A stretch of 64,000 bases of DNA from Selaginella moellendorffii (Eukaryota; Plantae; Lycopodiophyta). The stretch is taken from NCBI RefSeq assembly GCF_000143415.4, contig NW_003314350.1, positions 124,001-188,000 on the forward strand, read 5' to 3'. A program made the position numbers and the translations under genes. Below are positions 14,864 through 26,794 of the stretch, piece after piece. How positions within the stretch are numbered: position 1 is the stretch's first letter; each line of letters begins with the position of its first letter. The notes under the pieces are model-generated. The model saw nothing but the letters and a program-made list of their open reading frames with translations. It made no database searches and had not been told where the DNA came from.

Positions 14864-16168
14864 TTAAGATACGAAGTTCTTTCCCAGCTGTGGAAACTCT
14901 TGGGGGCTGTTGATGCTCGGGCTTAGAGCGTCTCCTCCTCCAGCGGCCGAGTAGCGAGCTCCAGAGGGCGATTGGAATCCACCCCCTCGTCCTCGCCCTC
15001 TTCCACCGCGAGGGCTTCCATCAGCTGGTCTCAGGAACTCGTTGATATTGATTGCCTGTGTTAAAGAAGAATCGATTGTTGATATCGACAAGAACAAAGG
15101 GAAGAAACAGCGCACCTTCTTAGATTTCTCGTCTCTTTCGGCCGCGTCCTTCTTCTTGAGCTTATCTTTGTCAGATCCCTGTGCGTTTTGGAAGATTGTG
15201 TTAGAGATCACGAGATCCTGGTAAATGTTAACAAAAGATCGCCAGACCAGTTTGATAAAGACGTCGGCATCGTTCTTCTTGTCCACTAGCTGCATCGCTC
15301 TGAGCTCACTGTCGGCTTCCACTTTGCGTTCCTCGGCTTTCTGGTGACCCCCGATGCTCTTGCGCCGCTCCTGCACTATCTTCTCATACTCATCCAGTGT
15401 CATCTCCTGAAAAAACCATTTCCATTCACACGCCATCTCCTTCGTAAAAAACACAAGGAAAGAGTAAACTTACTTTTTCTTCCGGTGCTTCCTCTTTTTT
15501 GTCTTCGGTGTTCTTGTCAGTCTCTTGCGAGGCATCCGGAGGAGGAGCTACAACTTGCTCAAACTTGCTCCCAGCAACCTCTCTAGTTTTCACGAAGAAC
15601 AAACAAAGTGAGCGAGAGAGAAGAAGGGAAAAAAAAAAAACAGATCGAAAAGCTTACGGTGGCGCGCCCCCGCTGCGTTGCTCATCTGGAGGATAGAAGC
15701 CTCCTCTACCTCCTCCACCTCGTCCTTGGCGATCTCTCCCACCATCAAAACTTCGTTCACCGTCGGAAGCAAAGCTCCTGTTGTAGTAGCCCCCTCGGCC
15801 TCCTCCGCGACGATCGCTGTGATCACGGTCGCGATCACTGGCAGAATCTCCTCCAGCCACGAGATTCTCGCGGCCCCTTCCAGCCCTTCCACGGCCGCGG
15901 CCACGACCGGCCTGGGCTTCCTTCTCAGCCCTCACTGGAGCAGTAAGAAAATTTCCGGAAACGCTTAGAGCTCGCAGATCGAAGAGGACTTACCGGATTC
16001 GGCCGGAGGAAGAGGCTTGGAAGGAAGCTTTGCATGATGGAGATCCTTCTTGGGCGAGGATTTGCTTGGAGCTGGAGGCGCCGCCGCGGTGGCAGCCGTG
16101 CTGTACTTCGCTACAGGATCCTCGTCCTCATCGTCGCCCAACAGCGCAAATCGATTGAAAGCAGCCAT
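14864..16168 (-). CDS. RGG-repeat RNA-binding protein (HABP4/PAI-RBP1, Stm1-like), multi-exon
   Basis: N-terminal NRFALLGDD, RGG tracts, EMTLDEYEK, INEFL and C-terminal FPQLG motifs. Confidence 0.9.
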
Positions 16169-16788
16169 TTCGAGGCAAAATCAGCTGGATGCCCCAAGAT
16201 TCTCACATTTGCCGGCGAGGTGGGAGAAATGCGCTATCCCGGCATGGGCAGCCGCCACATCCGCTTCCATCGCCTATCTCGAAGAACCCTAAATTTGTGT
16301 AAGAGCCCTAATTTCCATTTACATTTATCTCAAACTGACATTTTATTTTGAAGGAGACTCCATCCAATGCGAATTCATATTCGTGCTACCAGCAAAATCT
16401 CAAAAAATTTATGGTGTAATATCACCACATTATATTAGCATTAAAGAATTTCTCTCGTTAATTATTATTTTTTTGGATTTTTGAGAATTTGTTTGGTTCT
16501 TTCATTTTTGGTAATGGTTTGAGACCACGACCCGATCAAACTGAAACAATCCATGCTATGGTTTTGATCAAGTCAGTGAAATTAGCGTGTTATCCTTCTT
16601 TGTCCCCTTCAATCTTTATGCTTGACCAAGTCAGATCTGGAGTGCTTGACACTGCCAGTCGGTGACAACTACTATATAAACTCAACACATTTCTCCTCAT
16701 TCCATTCTTCGTCAATCAAGTAGCATCACAGCAAAAAAATATCAAAAGCTTTGATCAATCAGCTCAACTCTTACTGCCAAGATACAAG

Positions 16789-17442
16789 ATGTCTTACAAG
16801 TTAGCCATTTGTCTGGTTGCCATTTGTGCCATTGCTTTCGTCCATGGATCAGATGAAGATGCCCTCCAGGATTTCTGTGTCCGCGACAAAAACAGCAACA
16901 CCATCGTCAATGGATTCACTTGCAAGCCTGCAGCGGCAACTCTAGCCAGTGATTTCATGTTCCAGGGACTCCGCAACCCAGGGAACACCAACAACAAGCT
17001 CGGATCCATAGTCACCAATGCAAATGTTGGCGTATTCCCGGGAATCAACACTCTTGGAGTCTCTTTTGCGAGGGTTGATTATGCTCCATACGGTGTCAAT
17101 CCCCCCCACGTCCACCCCCGAGGAACCGAGCTCCTCTTCCTCCAGCAAGGAACACTCTATGTTGGATTCGTGAGCACCACCAACAACACACTCTTCGCTC
17201 AAACTTTGCATCCAGGGGATCTCTTTGTGTTCCCGCGTGGTCTCGTTCACTTCCAGCTCAACGTTGGGAAGACACCGGCTGTTGCTCTTGCGGGATTCAA
17301 CTCCCAGAATCCGGGTGTCACCCAGGTAGCCAAAGCAGTGTTTGCATCCAATCCTCCCATTTATGACGCCGTCATCGAGAGGGCGTTCCAGATCAATCCC
17401 AAGCTCATCCAGCAGCTCAGGGACCTCATCAAGCAAACTTAA
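16789..17442 (+). CDS. Germin-like protein (cupin), single exon
   Basis: Signal peptide, LQDFCV, GVNPPHVHPRGTE, FPRGLVHFQ. TATA box at ~16674. Confidence 0.97.
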   Translation: MSYKLAICLVAICAIAFVHGSDEDALQDFCVRDKNSNTIVNGFTCKPAAATLASDFMFQGLRNPGNTNNKLGSIVTNANVGVFPGINTLGVSFARVDYAPYGVNPPHVHPRGTELLFLQQGTLYVGFVSTTNNTLFAQTLHPGDLFVFPRGLVHFQLNVGKTPAVALAGFNSQNPGVTQVAKAVFASNPPIYDAVIERAFQINPKLIQQLRDLIKQT

Positions 17443-17759
17443 TCAAAACTTGCTTTTGCAATGATTCTTATGTAATTTTCAAGAATAAGATTGAATAAAG
17501 AACTTTACCTTTTCAACTGCTTAAAATATTTAAAATAACAATTAAATAATTTAAATCTGAAATATTTGTACGGCTGCTGGCTCGTTGTACGGGTCCGCTT
17601 GTAAATAACTGCCTTCACTGTCGGCTGAAGCGGGAAAACTTAAATTTTAGGGCTCGTGTGGTGCTAGGGCTAAGGGCTCCATCACAATGCCGGGGGATCC
17701 CAGCGCCATGGCAGCGATCTTGAGGTAGGGCATTTCTCGCGTCCATCGCAAGCGGCGCC

Positions 17760-19262
17760 ATGGGGCTGTCACTGGGAGGAGGATTGGAGACGGCAAACAC
17801 CCCTCGCAAGAGGCGGCCGTTTGCGCCGTCGCGGCCACACACGGCAGGGGTTACCGCGATCTCGCACAGGCCACAGACGGCACCAGCGAGGCCCCAGTCA
17901 AGCCCCAGGAAGAGAATGGATCGAAACAGCCCCTATTCCCCACGGAATCGCTTCGCCACGCCGAGGTCTGCGAACTTGAGCCGGCCCCAGACCGCTGGTG
18001 AGCCCTTTGCGCTCAATTCCTCGGCTTGGGGGATGAAGCCGATGCCTGCCGGGTCTCCAGCTTCCGGCCGGTCGAGAGGGAGCGATTCTTCCAGGTGTGG
18101 CCTCGATCGAGAGACGCTCGTCAAAGAGCTTGTCGAGTTGAAGAAGCTTGTGGCGGATCAAAACAGGCAGCAAAAGAAGCAAAAGCTTCTAGCTTCCGCG
18201 GTGGAGCACGAGAATAGGTACCATTTCCTTTGTCATTTCATCACATCTTGTTTTCTTTCGCTGTGATTCTTCCAACTTACAGGAAGTTGGAGAGAGACAT
18301 ATTGGATCTTGAGTTGAAAGGAATTGCCGACGCCCTCAGTGATTACGACTCACCGTTTCTTCGCGAGAAACTCCAAGGTATGTTAATTGTATTTCCTTTG
18401 ATCGAAGCTCTTCAACTCTCTGGCTTGTTTGGCTGCAACGTAGATTTCAAGACAAGGATCAGCTACTTGCAAAGGGCTTGCCGGCTCCAAAGTGAGGAGC
18501 TCTGCCTTTTGCGAAGAGATGTCCGTGGAACGCACACCAAGGTGCCTAGTAGTCTCGTGGCAGGAATAGACAGCCTTTAATTTCTTTTTTTCTCGCAAGG
18601 GAACAGGAGCTTGAAATGGAGCGAGACGTTTTTGCAGAGGAAGCGTTCTTCTTGCAGAGGGTGGCGAGAAAGCTGGCAACGATTCAGACCCGGATCAACT
18701 CCGAGAACAAGGAGATTCAGCAAATGTTAGCGAAGAACGAACAGCTGGAAGCAGCCAACTATCAAACCCAGTCCAACATCACGGTATCTCCAGCGTTGTC
18801 CCCGATCTCTAGCTGATGGAAACGAGCAAAGTTTTGCAGGAAGTATCCAATGTGCTTCAGAAGGTGACGCATTCTCTGTCCATTTGCCGGTTCAAGACGA
18901 GCGAGGCATCCATCGCCAGCAAGAGGTATTTGAAGCAGAGCAAGGACGTGAGAAGGCGTGGATTGGCAGCCGAGCAGTCGATCCAACGCCTGAAGGATCA
19001 AAAGCTCAGGTTCCAGATCAGGATGTCCATTCTAGAGAAGAAGCTCATCGCGTCCAAGAAGGAGCTGGCCATTGTGCTTCAAGAGAGAGACAAAGGCAGG
19101 GCAGCTAGAATGAAGAAATACATCGAGGAGCAAAGCAGGGCCATGAGATCTCCCAGGCACAGGACACCACCTCGCCGGTCTCCAAAGCCAGTTCCGGCCG
19201 ACAGGGTTGTGGGAAGCGTCTCTGATCGCTCACAAAAGGAGAAGTTTGGCAAGAAAGACTAA
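17760..19262 (+). CDS. Uncharacterised multi-exon coiled-coil protein with N-terminal RPxTA motifs (3' end uncertain)
   Basis: Successive ORF segments are separated by short GT..AG introns and are heptad-rich. Confidence 0.65.
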
Positions 19263-19488
19263 GCTTCTTCCTAAGTTCCGGGGACTTACATCCATGGGAG
19301 CCTCCACGACAAGTTAACAGACTCCTGGCCGGAAGAGTTCCTTAAGCGGCCTCTCCAGGTAGCGATTTTCTGCTTTCATCTCATATGTCACTCACACTGG
19401 TTTGTTTATTTGCAGAGCGGAGTGTAAAACAACTCCAGAGAAGCACAAGCCTTGGAGAAAATGGTAGAATTCATTCATCCATCTCCTC

Positions 19489-20997
19489 CTACTCATATTC
19501 ATCTAAAGCAGGATCTTCTCGGCAGACGTGTGACACGAGGATATACGGCCCGGAAGTCGTAACATTCAACTCCATTATCCTCTGGGCGACGCGCTCGCCT
19601 CGCTCGGTATCCCCGTGCTTGCAGCAAGCGCTCAGCAGCGTCGTCCACGCAGCCACGTCCGGCTTAAACGGCATCGAGGTAAGCAGCTCCTCCGCTTCTT
19701 CCAGTAACTTAGCTCGTCCCAGCAGGTCCACCATGCAACAGAAGTGCTCCAGCACGAGAGGAACGCCATACACGGGCTTGATCGACACGAAGTGGTCGCG
19801 CCCCTGCGAGAGGAGCCCGAGATGAGCGCAACCAACGAGCAAGTTGATGAAGGTCACCTCGTTTGGCCGGACTCCGTCCAGGTTTAGCCTCCGAAAGAGC
19901 TCCCCGACTTGATGGTGGTGGCCATTTTGAGCGTAGGCCGTCATCATCGCGTTCCAGGAGACAACGTTCCGGTTTGGCATGAGATCCAGCAACTCTCGAG
20001 CTTGGTGGAGGTGGCCGTGCTGCGTGTAAGTCGCGAGCATACAGTTCAATGAAACCATGTCCTTTTGAGGCATGCTCTCGAAGAAACTCTGCGCTTCCAC
20101 GAGATGGGCATTTGCGGCGTGTGCTGAGATCATTACGTTCCAGGTGAAAACGTCCCAGGCAGGCATTTTTCGGAACAACGACATGGCCGGGTCAAGATGC
20201 CCCTTTTGGGCATTTGCTTGCACCATGCCATTCCACGTAACAACATTCCGCTCGGGGCATTTAATAAACACCTCGCGAGCCTTTTCTAGTTGACAAGCCT
20301 CTACGCAAGCTTTTACCATAGCTGTCCAGGTTACCACGTTTCTCTGTGGCATGAGATCAAAGGTTTTGGTGGTTTGCATCAAATCCCCCAGATTAGCAAA
20401 TGCGGTAATTAGAGCAGTCCAGGATATCACGTCGCGTTCTTCCATTTGGTGGAATATTTGATGCACCATTGATGTGTTCTTCTTTTCTGAGAACGCAGTG
20501 ATTAATCTATTCCACGATCGAATCTCATGCTGCGGCATGTAATCAAAGAACTGTTTCGCTTTGTGCAAATCCCCAGCTTGGGCAAATCCAGTTATCATCG
20601 AGTTCCACACCGCACAATCTCTATGGCGCATGGTATCGAAGATGGATTTCGCCTCGTCGATGTGTCCAGCGAGCGTGTAGCCATTGACCATGGCGGTCCA
20701 GGAAACGGCGTCCGGATGCGGCATCATGTTGAGTGCCGCGCGCGCGCGATCGAAGTGCCCGTTGCGCACGTAGGCGGTGATGAGCGCGTTCCACGAGTAG
20801 GAATTCGGATCCGGGATGCGATCGAACACCAGTTGGGCTTGCTCCACGCACGAAAGCCTCCCATACATGTCCACGAGGAGATTGGCGACGAACCGGCTGT
20901 GGCAATTGCTGCTCACGATGAAAGAATCGATGGCGCGGAGCTGCGCGACGCTCTCGCTGGACCGGATCGCCCGAATCACACCGGCAAAATCGATCAT
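19489..20997 (-). CDS. PLS-class pentatricopeptide repeat protein with E domain
   Basis: Tandem S-type PPR motifs (VVSWNAM) and the E-region HFCCMVDLLGRA..MPFKPD..W..LLSAC. Confidence 0.96.
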   Translation of the reverse strand: MIDFAGVIRAIRSSESVAQLRAIDSFIVSSNCHSRFVANLLVDMYGRLSCVEQAQLVFDRIPDPNSYSWNALITAYVRNGHFDRARAALNMMPHPDAVSWTAMVNGYTLAGHIDEAKSIFDTMRHRDCAVWNSMITGFAQAGDLHKAKQFFDYMPQHEIRSWNRLITAFSEKKNTSMVHQIFHQMEERDVISWTALITAFANLGDLMQTTKTFDLMPQRNVVTWTAMVKACVEACQLEKAREVFIKCPERNVVTWNGMVQANAQKGHLDPAMSLFRKMPAWDVFTWNVMISAHAANAHLVEAQSFFESMPQKDMVSLNCMLATYTQHGHLHQARELLDLMPNRNVVSWNAMMTAYAQNGHHHQVGELFRRLNLDGVRPNEVTFINLLVGCAHLGLLSQGRDHFVSIKPVYGVPLVLEHFCCMVDLLGRAKLLEEAEELLTSMPFKPDVAAWTTLLSACCKHGDTERGERVAQRIMELNVTTSGPYILVSHVCREDPALDEYE

Positions 20998-21944
20998 TCG
21001 CCGCTACCTTCGCCATCAAAGAAAGAACATCGCGGGGAGATGAGACCAAACAAGTATAGAATATTCTGGCGAGTATATGAAATATTATACATCATTTATC
21101 TTCTTTAGAACCGATTTGCGGTTTCATGACGCTCACTGAACAATTCAGGGCATGAATAGAAAAAGAGATGAATAAAACTTACATTTGTTTCTTCAACATT
21201 GTTGCTGCGGCCTTGAATGTGCATTTATATCTGTCACTTTTCTCAGCTAGCGAAGAAGCTTGTGCAACTGCATTAGCTATTGGAGAAGCACGAGCTTGGG
21301 CCTGAGCCAGGGGCAACTAACCTGGAGTTGCAAAATGTTGCTATTGCTCCAACTCTTGCTACTTGTTTCAGCCCCTCCCAAATTTATCCTGGGTCTCTGC
21401 TGTCTCCAAGGGGCCTGCATCTCAAGCAGGAGAGCTCCTCCTCTCAAACTACTGCTCTTCAACCAGAAGGGGTTGCCTCTGGACTGTGACTTGGAGTTAT
21501 ATTTGCGATTGAGTTTGTGGAGTTGATGATGTTGCAGAAAAATTGGCAGAGCACTCAAAATTTGTTTTGTTTCACTTTTGGCACTCATAAGATTGTCCTA
21601 TAGATAGATGATAGAATTGTGACAATGGTGGTGATTATCAAAGACACTTTGAGTAGTCAGGTTTGGAGCAACTGGTATGTTCATACAAATGAGTTGACTG
21701 ATTTAAAGGCTGCGTTGATACAAGGTGGAAGTGGGCTAGAGGAGGCGATTGCAAAGGAGGAGGCTGGAAACGGCTCTCGGAAGCTCCCTGGGGACTTCAT
21801 ATCTTTCTTCTCCCTGGAGATTCATATCTTTCGGATGACGACGAAATTGCACTCTGTTCTTTTGAAGCTTATCTAGATCTAAGATGAGGATGCATTGGGC
21901 TCTCGCGAAGTCCAGATGCAGGCTCCCTCCTGCATGACGAGTTC

Positions 21945-22600
21945 GTGTGCATGAATCTCCAGGCTATGGGCGAAGATGGGAACCTGAAAGATGGCGCGTT
22001 GCCCGAGTTTCTTAACTTCAGGCCTGTGTACGCGAAGCCCTCGCTTCCGGCAGCGCTTGCTCACGAGGCCTTCGGGAACGTGTTCGGACATCGTCTTCTT
22101 CACGAAGATGGCAGTCAAGTGTTCCCGGTATTACGATTACAAGGATGAAGTCGCCGAGTTATGGAAAGCAGGAATGGACTTTATCAACGAACTCAACACT
22201 GGGGGCCACCATGATTTGCCGGCTTTATTGACAGCTTTGGAGGCGAAAGTTGGGATATTCGCAAGCAAGTGTGACCCAGGCAAGCAAGGCCCGCAGTATG
22301 TGAGGCCCTACTGGGCAGATTGGAGACAGGGATAAGTTCTACCTGACTCGTTATCCTGCGCTGCTGATCGAGCACATTGGGCCCTTCGTTCGGATCAGTG
22401 CCGTTTTTTTGTTGGCAAGCTGTGCGTCACTCCGCTGACTCAACTTGCTGCTGCTTCACGAGCACGACATGTCCGTCGTTCACCTTTGCAAGGCAACCAG
22501 GCTGGCCCTGCAGGAGCTCTCTAGCTTCTACAGGAACCACAAAGGTGGGCACCTGACTGTCCCGTACCCTCTCAAGTGTTCCAAATACGTTCCCTGGCCC
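21945..22600 (+). pseudogene. Frameshifted remnant resembling a Crinkler-type/fungal PD-(D/E)XK REase-like domain (normally kinase-associated)
   Basis: Joined frames read FRP...ALAHEAFG, EAKVG....DPGKQG.QY..YW, YPALLIEHIGP...SAVF..V.PLT, LALQELSSFY...PYP. Confidence 0.5.
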
Positions 22601-22680
22601 TTGGCAGCAGGGAAGCTGTTTTTTCTTGTCTGCAGCATGGTGGAGGTAAGGCTCTTAAGAGTGTTCAGATTTGTGATTTT

Positions 22681-24790
22681 TCTTTAGATTTAGCTTTAGC
22701 ATCATCTAGATCTTTGATTTTCTTTTATTTTTTTTATTTTTTCTCCTCTCACAGTAAGTAAATCCTTTATTTATGGAGTAATAATTGCTATAATTGCTCA
22801 AACACAATTGATAGCAATATTCATGACATATGGTGCAACTTCTCTTCCTCCTACTCCTTTTACCAATCCTTAAATCTAGTTGGATTTTTTCTATGGAAAT
22901 TTTAAAGATGATATATATTATTGGTTTAATCAATTCATAGTAACTGCCACTTATCATTTTTAGGATGATGTTTGGATTTCATTATTACTTCTTACCATTT
23001 TTTCATGCTCTTCTCATGTTCCCTCAATAATCTTTATAGTATTATAGTTGATTGGCTAAAGAAAAAGGATATTGATTTCTTCGACTTTCATATGTCTTCT
23101 AGGGAAAAGATTGCAATATGTCAATCTTCTTCTAATTAGAGATGTTCATTTAAACAAGATTCATGTTTAGTATTAATCACCACAAGAGATCAAAATCTGG
23201 TGAGCCAATATTAAGGAAATGTTAAAGAAAGGTGTTATTTGGAAAGTTTGAAATTGTTAGCTATATAAACCTTATTTATGAAGTATGATAAAAGGATTTG
23301 GTTCAACATCAACTATCACCCATTGAATGATATGACAGTTTTGACCATGTACCCACTTCCTCGTTTAAAGCAAAGCCATTAGTTCACCATGTTAAATCTC
23401 ACCTTTAGGTATTGGCAATATTTTTAAAATTATTTTCTATATGAATGGATCAAAACATCATTAATGAATCACCTTTGGCATATTATAAAGAACTTTATCC
23501 ATATATTAAAAAGTCACTGAAACATTACTCAAACCAAATACCATCATTAAGTACTTATATAAACTAAATAGTGAAAGTGATGTGGGAAGAACATATTTAT
23601 GATGTACATAAGGTTTGGATTGGTTATATAAAGTTGGTTTGAAGTTAAAGTAGTTTATAAAATCTAAAAACACCACTTATCTTAAGTTTTACATTTCTTA
23701 TGAAGGTTTGCAAATTAATTTTGACAAGCTTACAATTGTTTTAAGGTTTTCTACACTGAAGTGTATGAATAATGCATAGTGTTTCACTGGCAAAATGCAA
23801 TATCTTATTAATTATATTTTTTATTGTACTGCACCATTGTAAACATTATTAGAGTCATTGATATCATCTTTCATCTAATGTAAAACTGTAAATAGGTATT
23901 TATAGAACTCAAGGATGTTTTGCTAACTCCTCCACTTTTGGTATACACTAATTACATTTATCCTTTCATCTTGAGCATGAATGCTTACAATATTGATTGA
24001 AGGATGCTAATATAAGAGAGTTTGAGTGTGCCTAATAAGTGGCTTAATAGTACTATATTTATGGTTGAGACATTTTATATATTAACATATCAACTAAGGA
24101 TATGCCACACTTTTATGAATGTTTATTATCCACAAATAAATAATTTGATAAATGATTTGTTAAAACCTTCAAGGGGATGATGGCAAAGTATATGACTTTT
24201 CAATTAGAATGTGATAGTTATTTACATTTCTTTGGTATAGTTATATCATGAAGTGCAAAGTTTTACTGTTGCTTCACTATTTAAAGTCTTATATACTCAT
24301 GATCCCAGTTTGCCAATAAAATTGAGTTTATCTTTGTGATTAATATAAACTATTAACATTGGGTCATGGGATTAATAGTTAATAAGCATTCCTTCATTTA
24401 TTTTAGTGGAACTTGATAAACATTTGAGCAGTTGGATAAAAATGGTACTGCAACATTAATTGTCACTATTTATGGAGTGTAGAGTGGATGATCAAGTGTT
24501 AATTCATTCTACCTGTCTTATAGTATATAATTTATGTAAGGGGTTCATTGTTAGTTGAAAAAGACTATATAGCAAATTGAGTCATAAATTTATAAGGTTT
24601 AGCATAAAACTTTGAGCCTCCAGAAATTATACATGTAAAATGCTTCATATAAAGAGATTAGGAATAAATTACACTACTTATATATCCACCAATACCTCAT
24701 TTTCCCGAACTATCAACTAAAGAACATTAATTATTTTCCATCCTTCTGAGAGAAGGGGATGGTATAAGGGTAAGTGTATAGTTATAATGC
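22681..24790 (+). mobile_element. Ancient, internally deleted, AT-eroded copy of the gypsy family found at 42995
   Basis: Collinear similarity: 23185-23240 with 45060-45125, and 24745-24795 with the PPT and LTR start at 61070-61130. Confidence 0.85.
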
Positions 24791-25724
24791 CATATACTAT
24801 TATAAGTGTAATTAAATTTTTATATAGAATTGACTCAATTTTTAACTCACTCTCAATTCTCTCTAGATTTAAATAATGATCCCAAAGAGATCTCACTACT
24901 AATGATACTAGTTGATAAATGATTATTTGTTCAGTTTTTGGTTGGAAAACCAAAGGTATTAAGGGAAACTAGATTAAACATAGTTTTTAAGTCTAGGATA
25001 CATTCTATCAATTTTAATATTAATTATAATAATACAAATGGTATATTTATTATCAATAACTAATAATCAAATGAAAAAATATTTCAGCTCATCTTTTAGA
25101 CTATTTAGATTTTTTTTTGAGTGGGTTTTGATTTTGCCACTCAAGGAACTTAAGTTTCATATATGTTTCAGAGTATTTTGTATTTTAAATAATTTTTAAT
25201 AAAACGAATTTTAGAAAGCGTTCTATGAATATTTCTTATTAAAATTAATTAAATATAAAATATATGCTCTAAATATTGTAATATAATTTTTACAAATAAG
25301 AAATTAATAAATAAAACTTACTTCTTTTATTTTTCATTAAGATTGAGAAGAGTGGGTTCCCTAAAATACTACCTTGATAGAGGTGATATTGTATTAACTG
25401 CCAGATCATCAATAAAGCTGAGATAATTTTGTCCATCATCTTATTATAGTATTTTAATTCTTTAAAATACATATTGACACTGTTGTTACAAGTTAAGTTT
25501 TATATAATATAAACTTCTTTAATTATATTTTCTAATTTAGCCAATTGTTAGATTTTAAGAAAAAATCTTAATGGCTAAGTTACAACTTAAAAACCTTTAA
25601 ATGTGTGTAAGGTAGTAATTTCAAGTCATTTGTGTGGTGTCATCTACACAAAGTTTTGCCTTTCATAATCTTGAATGACATTGATTCACCAAGCTTAAAT
25701 CTTATTTTAAATCATTTAACACTT

Positions 25725-26604
25725 ATGTTTGAAATAATGTTTTTAATATTTTTGATATTATTCATAAAATTTACTATTTCAGCTATAAATTATAGTGGAA
25801 AAAATAGTATGACAGTTGAGAGTGTTAATTTAATTATTCTTGCTATTGAACTAATGATTAATATCACTGAATCTGGAGAGTTACCAAAAGGTCAAAGTAT
25901 GCAATATGATTATACAATACAAGATTATATATATGGTCCTTTAAGCATGACAAATCAAATATGGATTTATAGTTCAAATGGAAAATTTATTGGTACAACT
26001 TGTGGAGCAAATCTTGTTGAATATGAACACGATGATGGTGATAATGTAAGACATAGATTGACTACTCTATTAAATTTATATCGTAATAATATTCTTAATT
26101 TACGTGCAAGATTTGTTAGAATAGTGTTTGGTTCTTATGCTATTGAGTTTATGGAAAAACATTCTGCACATAGATTACCACAAATTCAAGATACTATATC
26201 CAATAATTTACATGATTGTAGAATTGATCTCACTACTTTAATTAGTAATATGCCTTACAATTCCTTAAAAGCTACTGAATTTTTATTATCACCAAATAAT
26301 AAAGCTTATTTATATTTACATTTAAATTGTATTCTTTCTTTATATGTAAGAAATGTTATAAAATGGTATAAAGGATCTTCAAATTTTAAAAACTGTGAAT
26401 TTAAGATAGAAATGGATGGGAATATTGATGGTTTGGTCTCCTAATATATATTGTAATAAGAAGAGAAATTGTGATATAGGAAAAACATTTCTTTCTCTTC
26501 AAAGTGACTGTAATTTGGTATTATATGAATCCCATCAGAAAACATTTTTAAAACATCCTAAATTGAAGGTATTGTGGGCTTCAAATACAAACCCATGTAA
26601 TTAA
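25725..26604 (+). pseudogene. Secreted protein with C-terminal bulb-type (GNA) mannose-binding lectin domain, frameshifted near 26425
   Basis: Signal-like MFEIMFLIFLILFIKFTISA. Lectin motifs EMDGN, LSLQSDCNLVLY and VLWASNT are split over two frames. Confidence 0.7.
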
Positions 26605-26794
26605 TTGTAATTTCTTTGCTATGCCCTTTGCAAATTGAGAGAAAACTGTGATAATTTGTATACAACTAGTCAACAATTCTCAAAAGAAATAAAGACTCTA
26701 CCTACTTCAGTTGCTCCTTTAGAGAAACTCCTTAATACGGTTTCTTTTTTGAGATGTAATTTAGATTTACATGCAGTTTAAGGGTAATTTAAAG

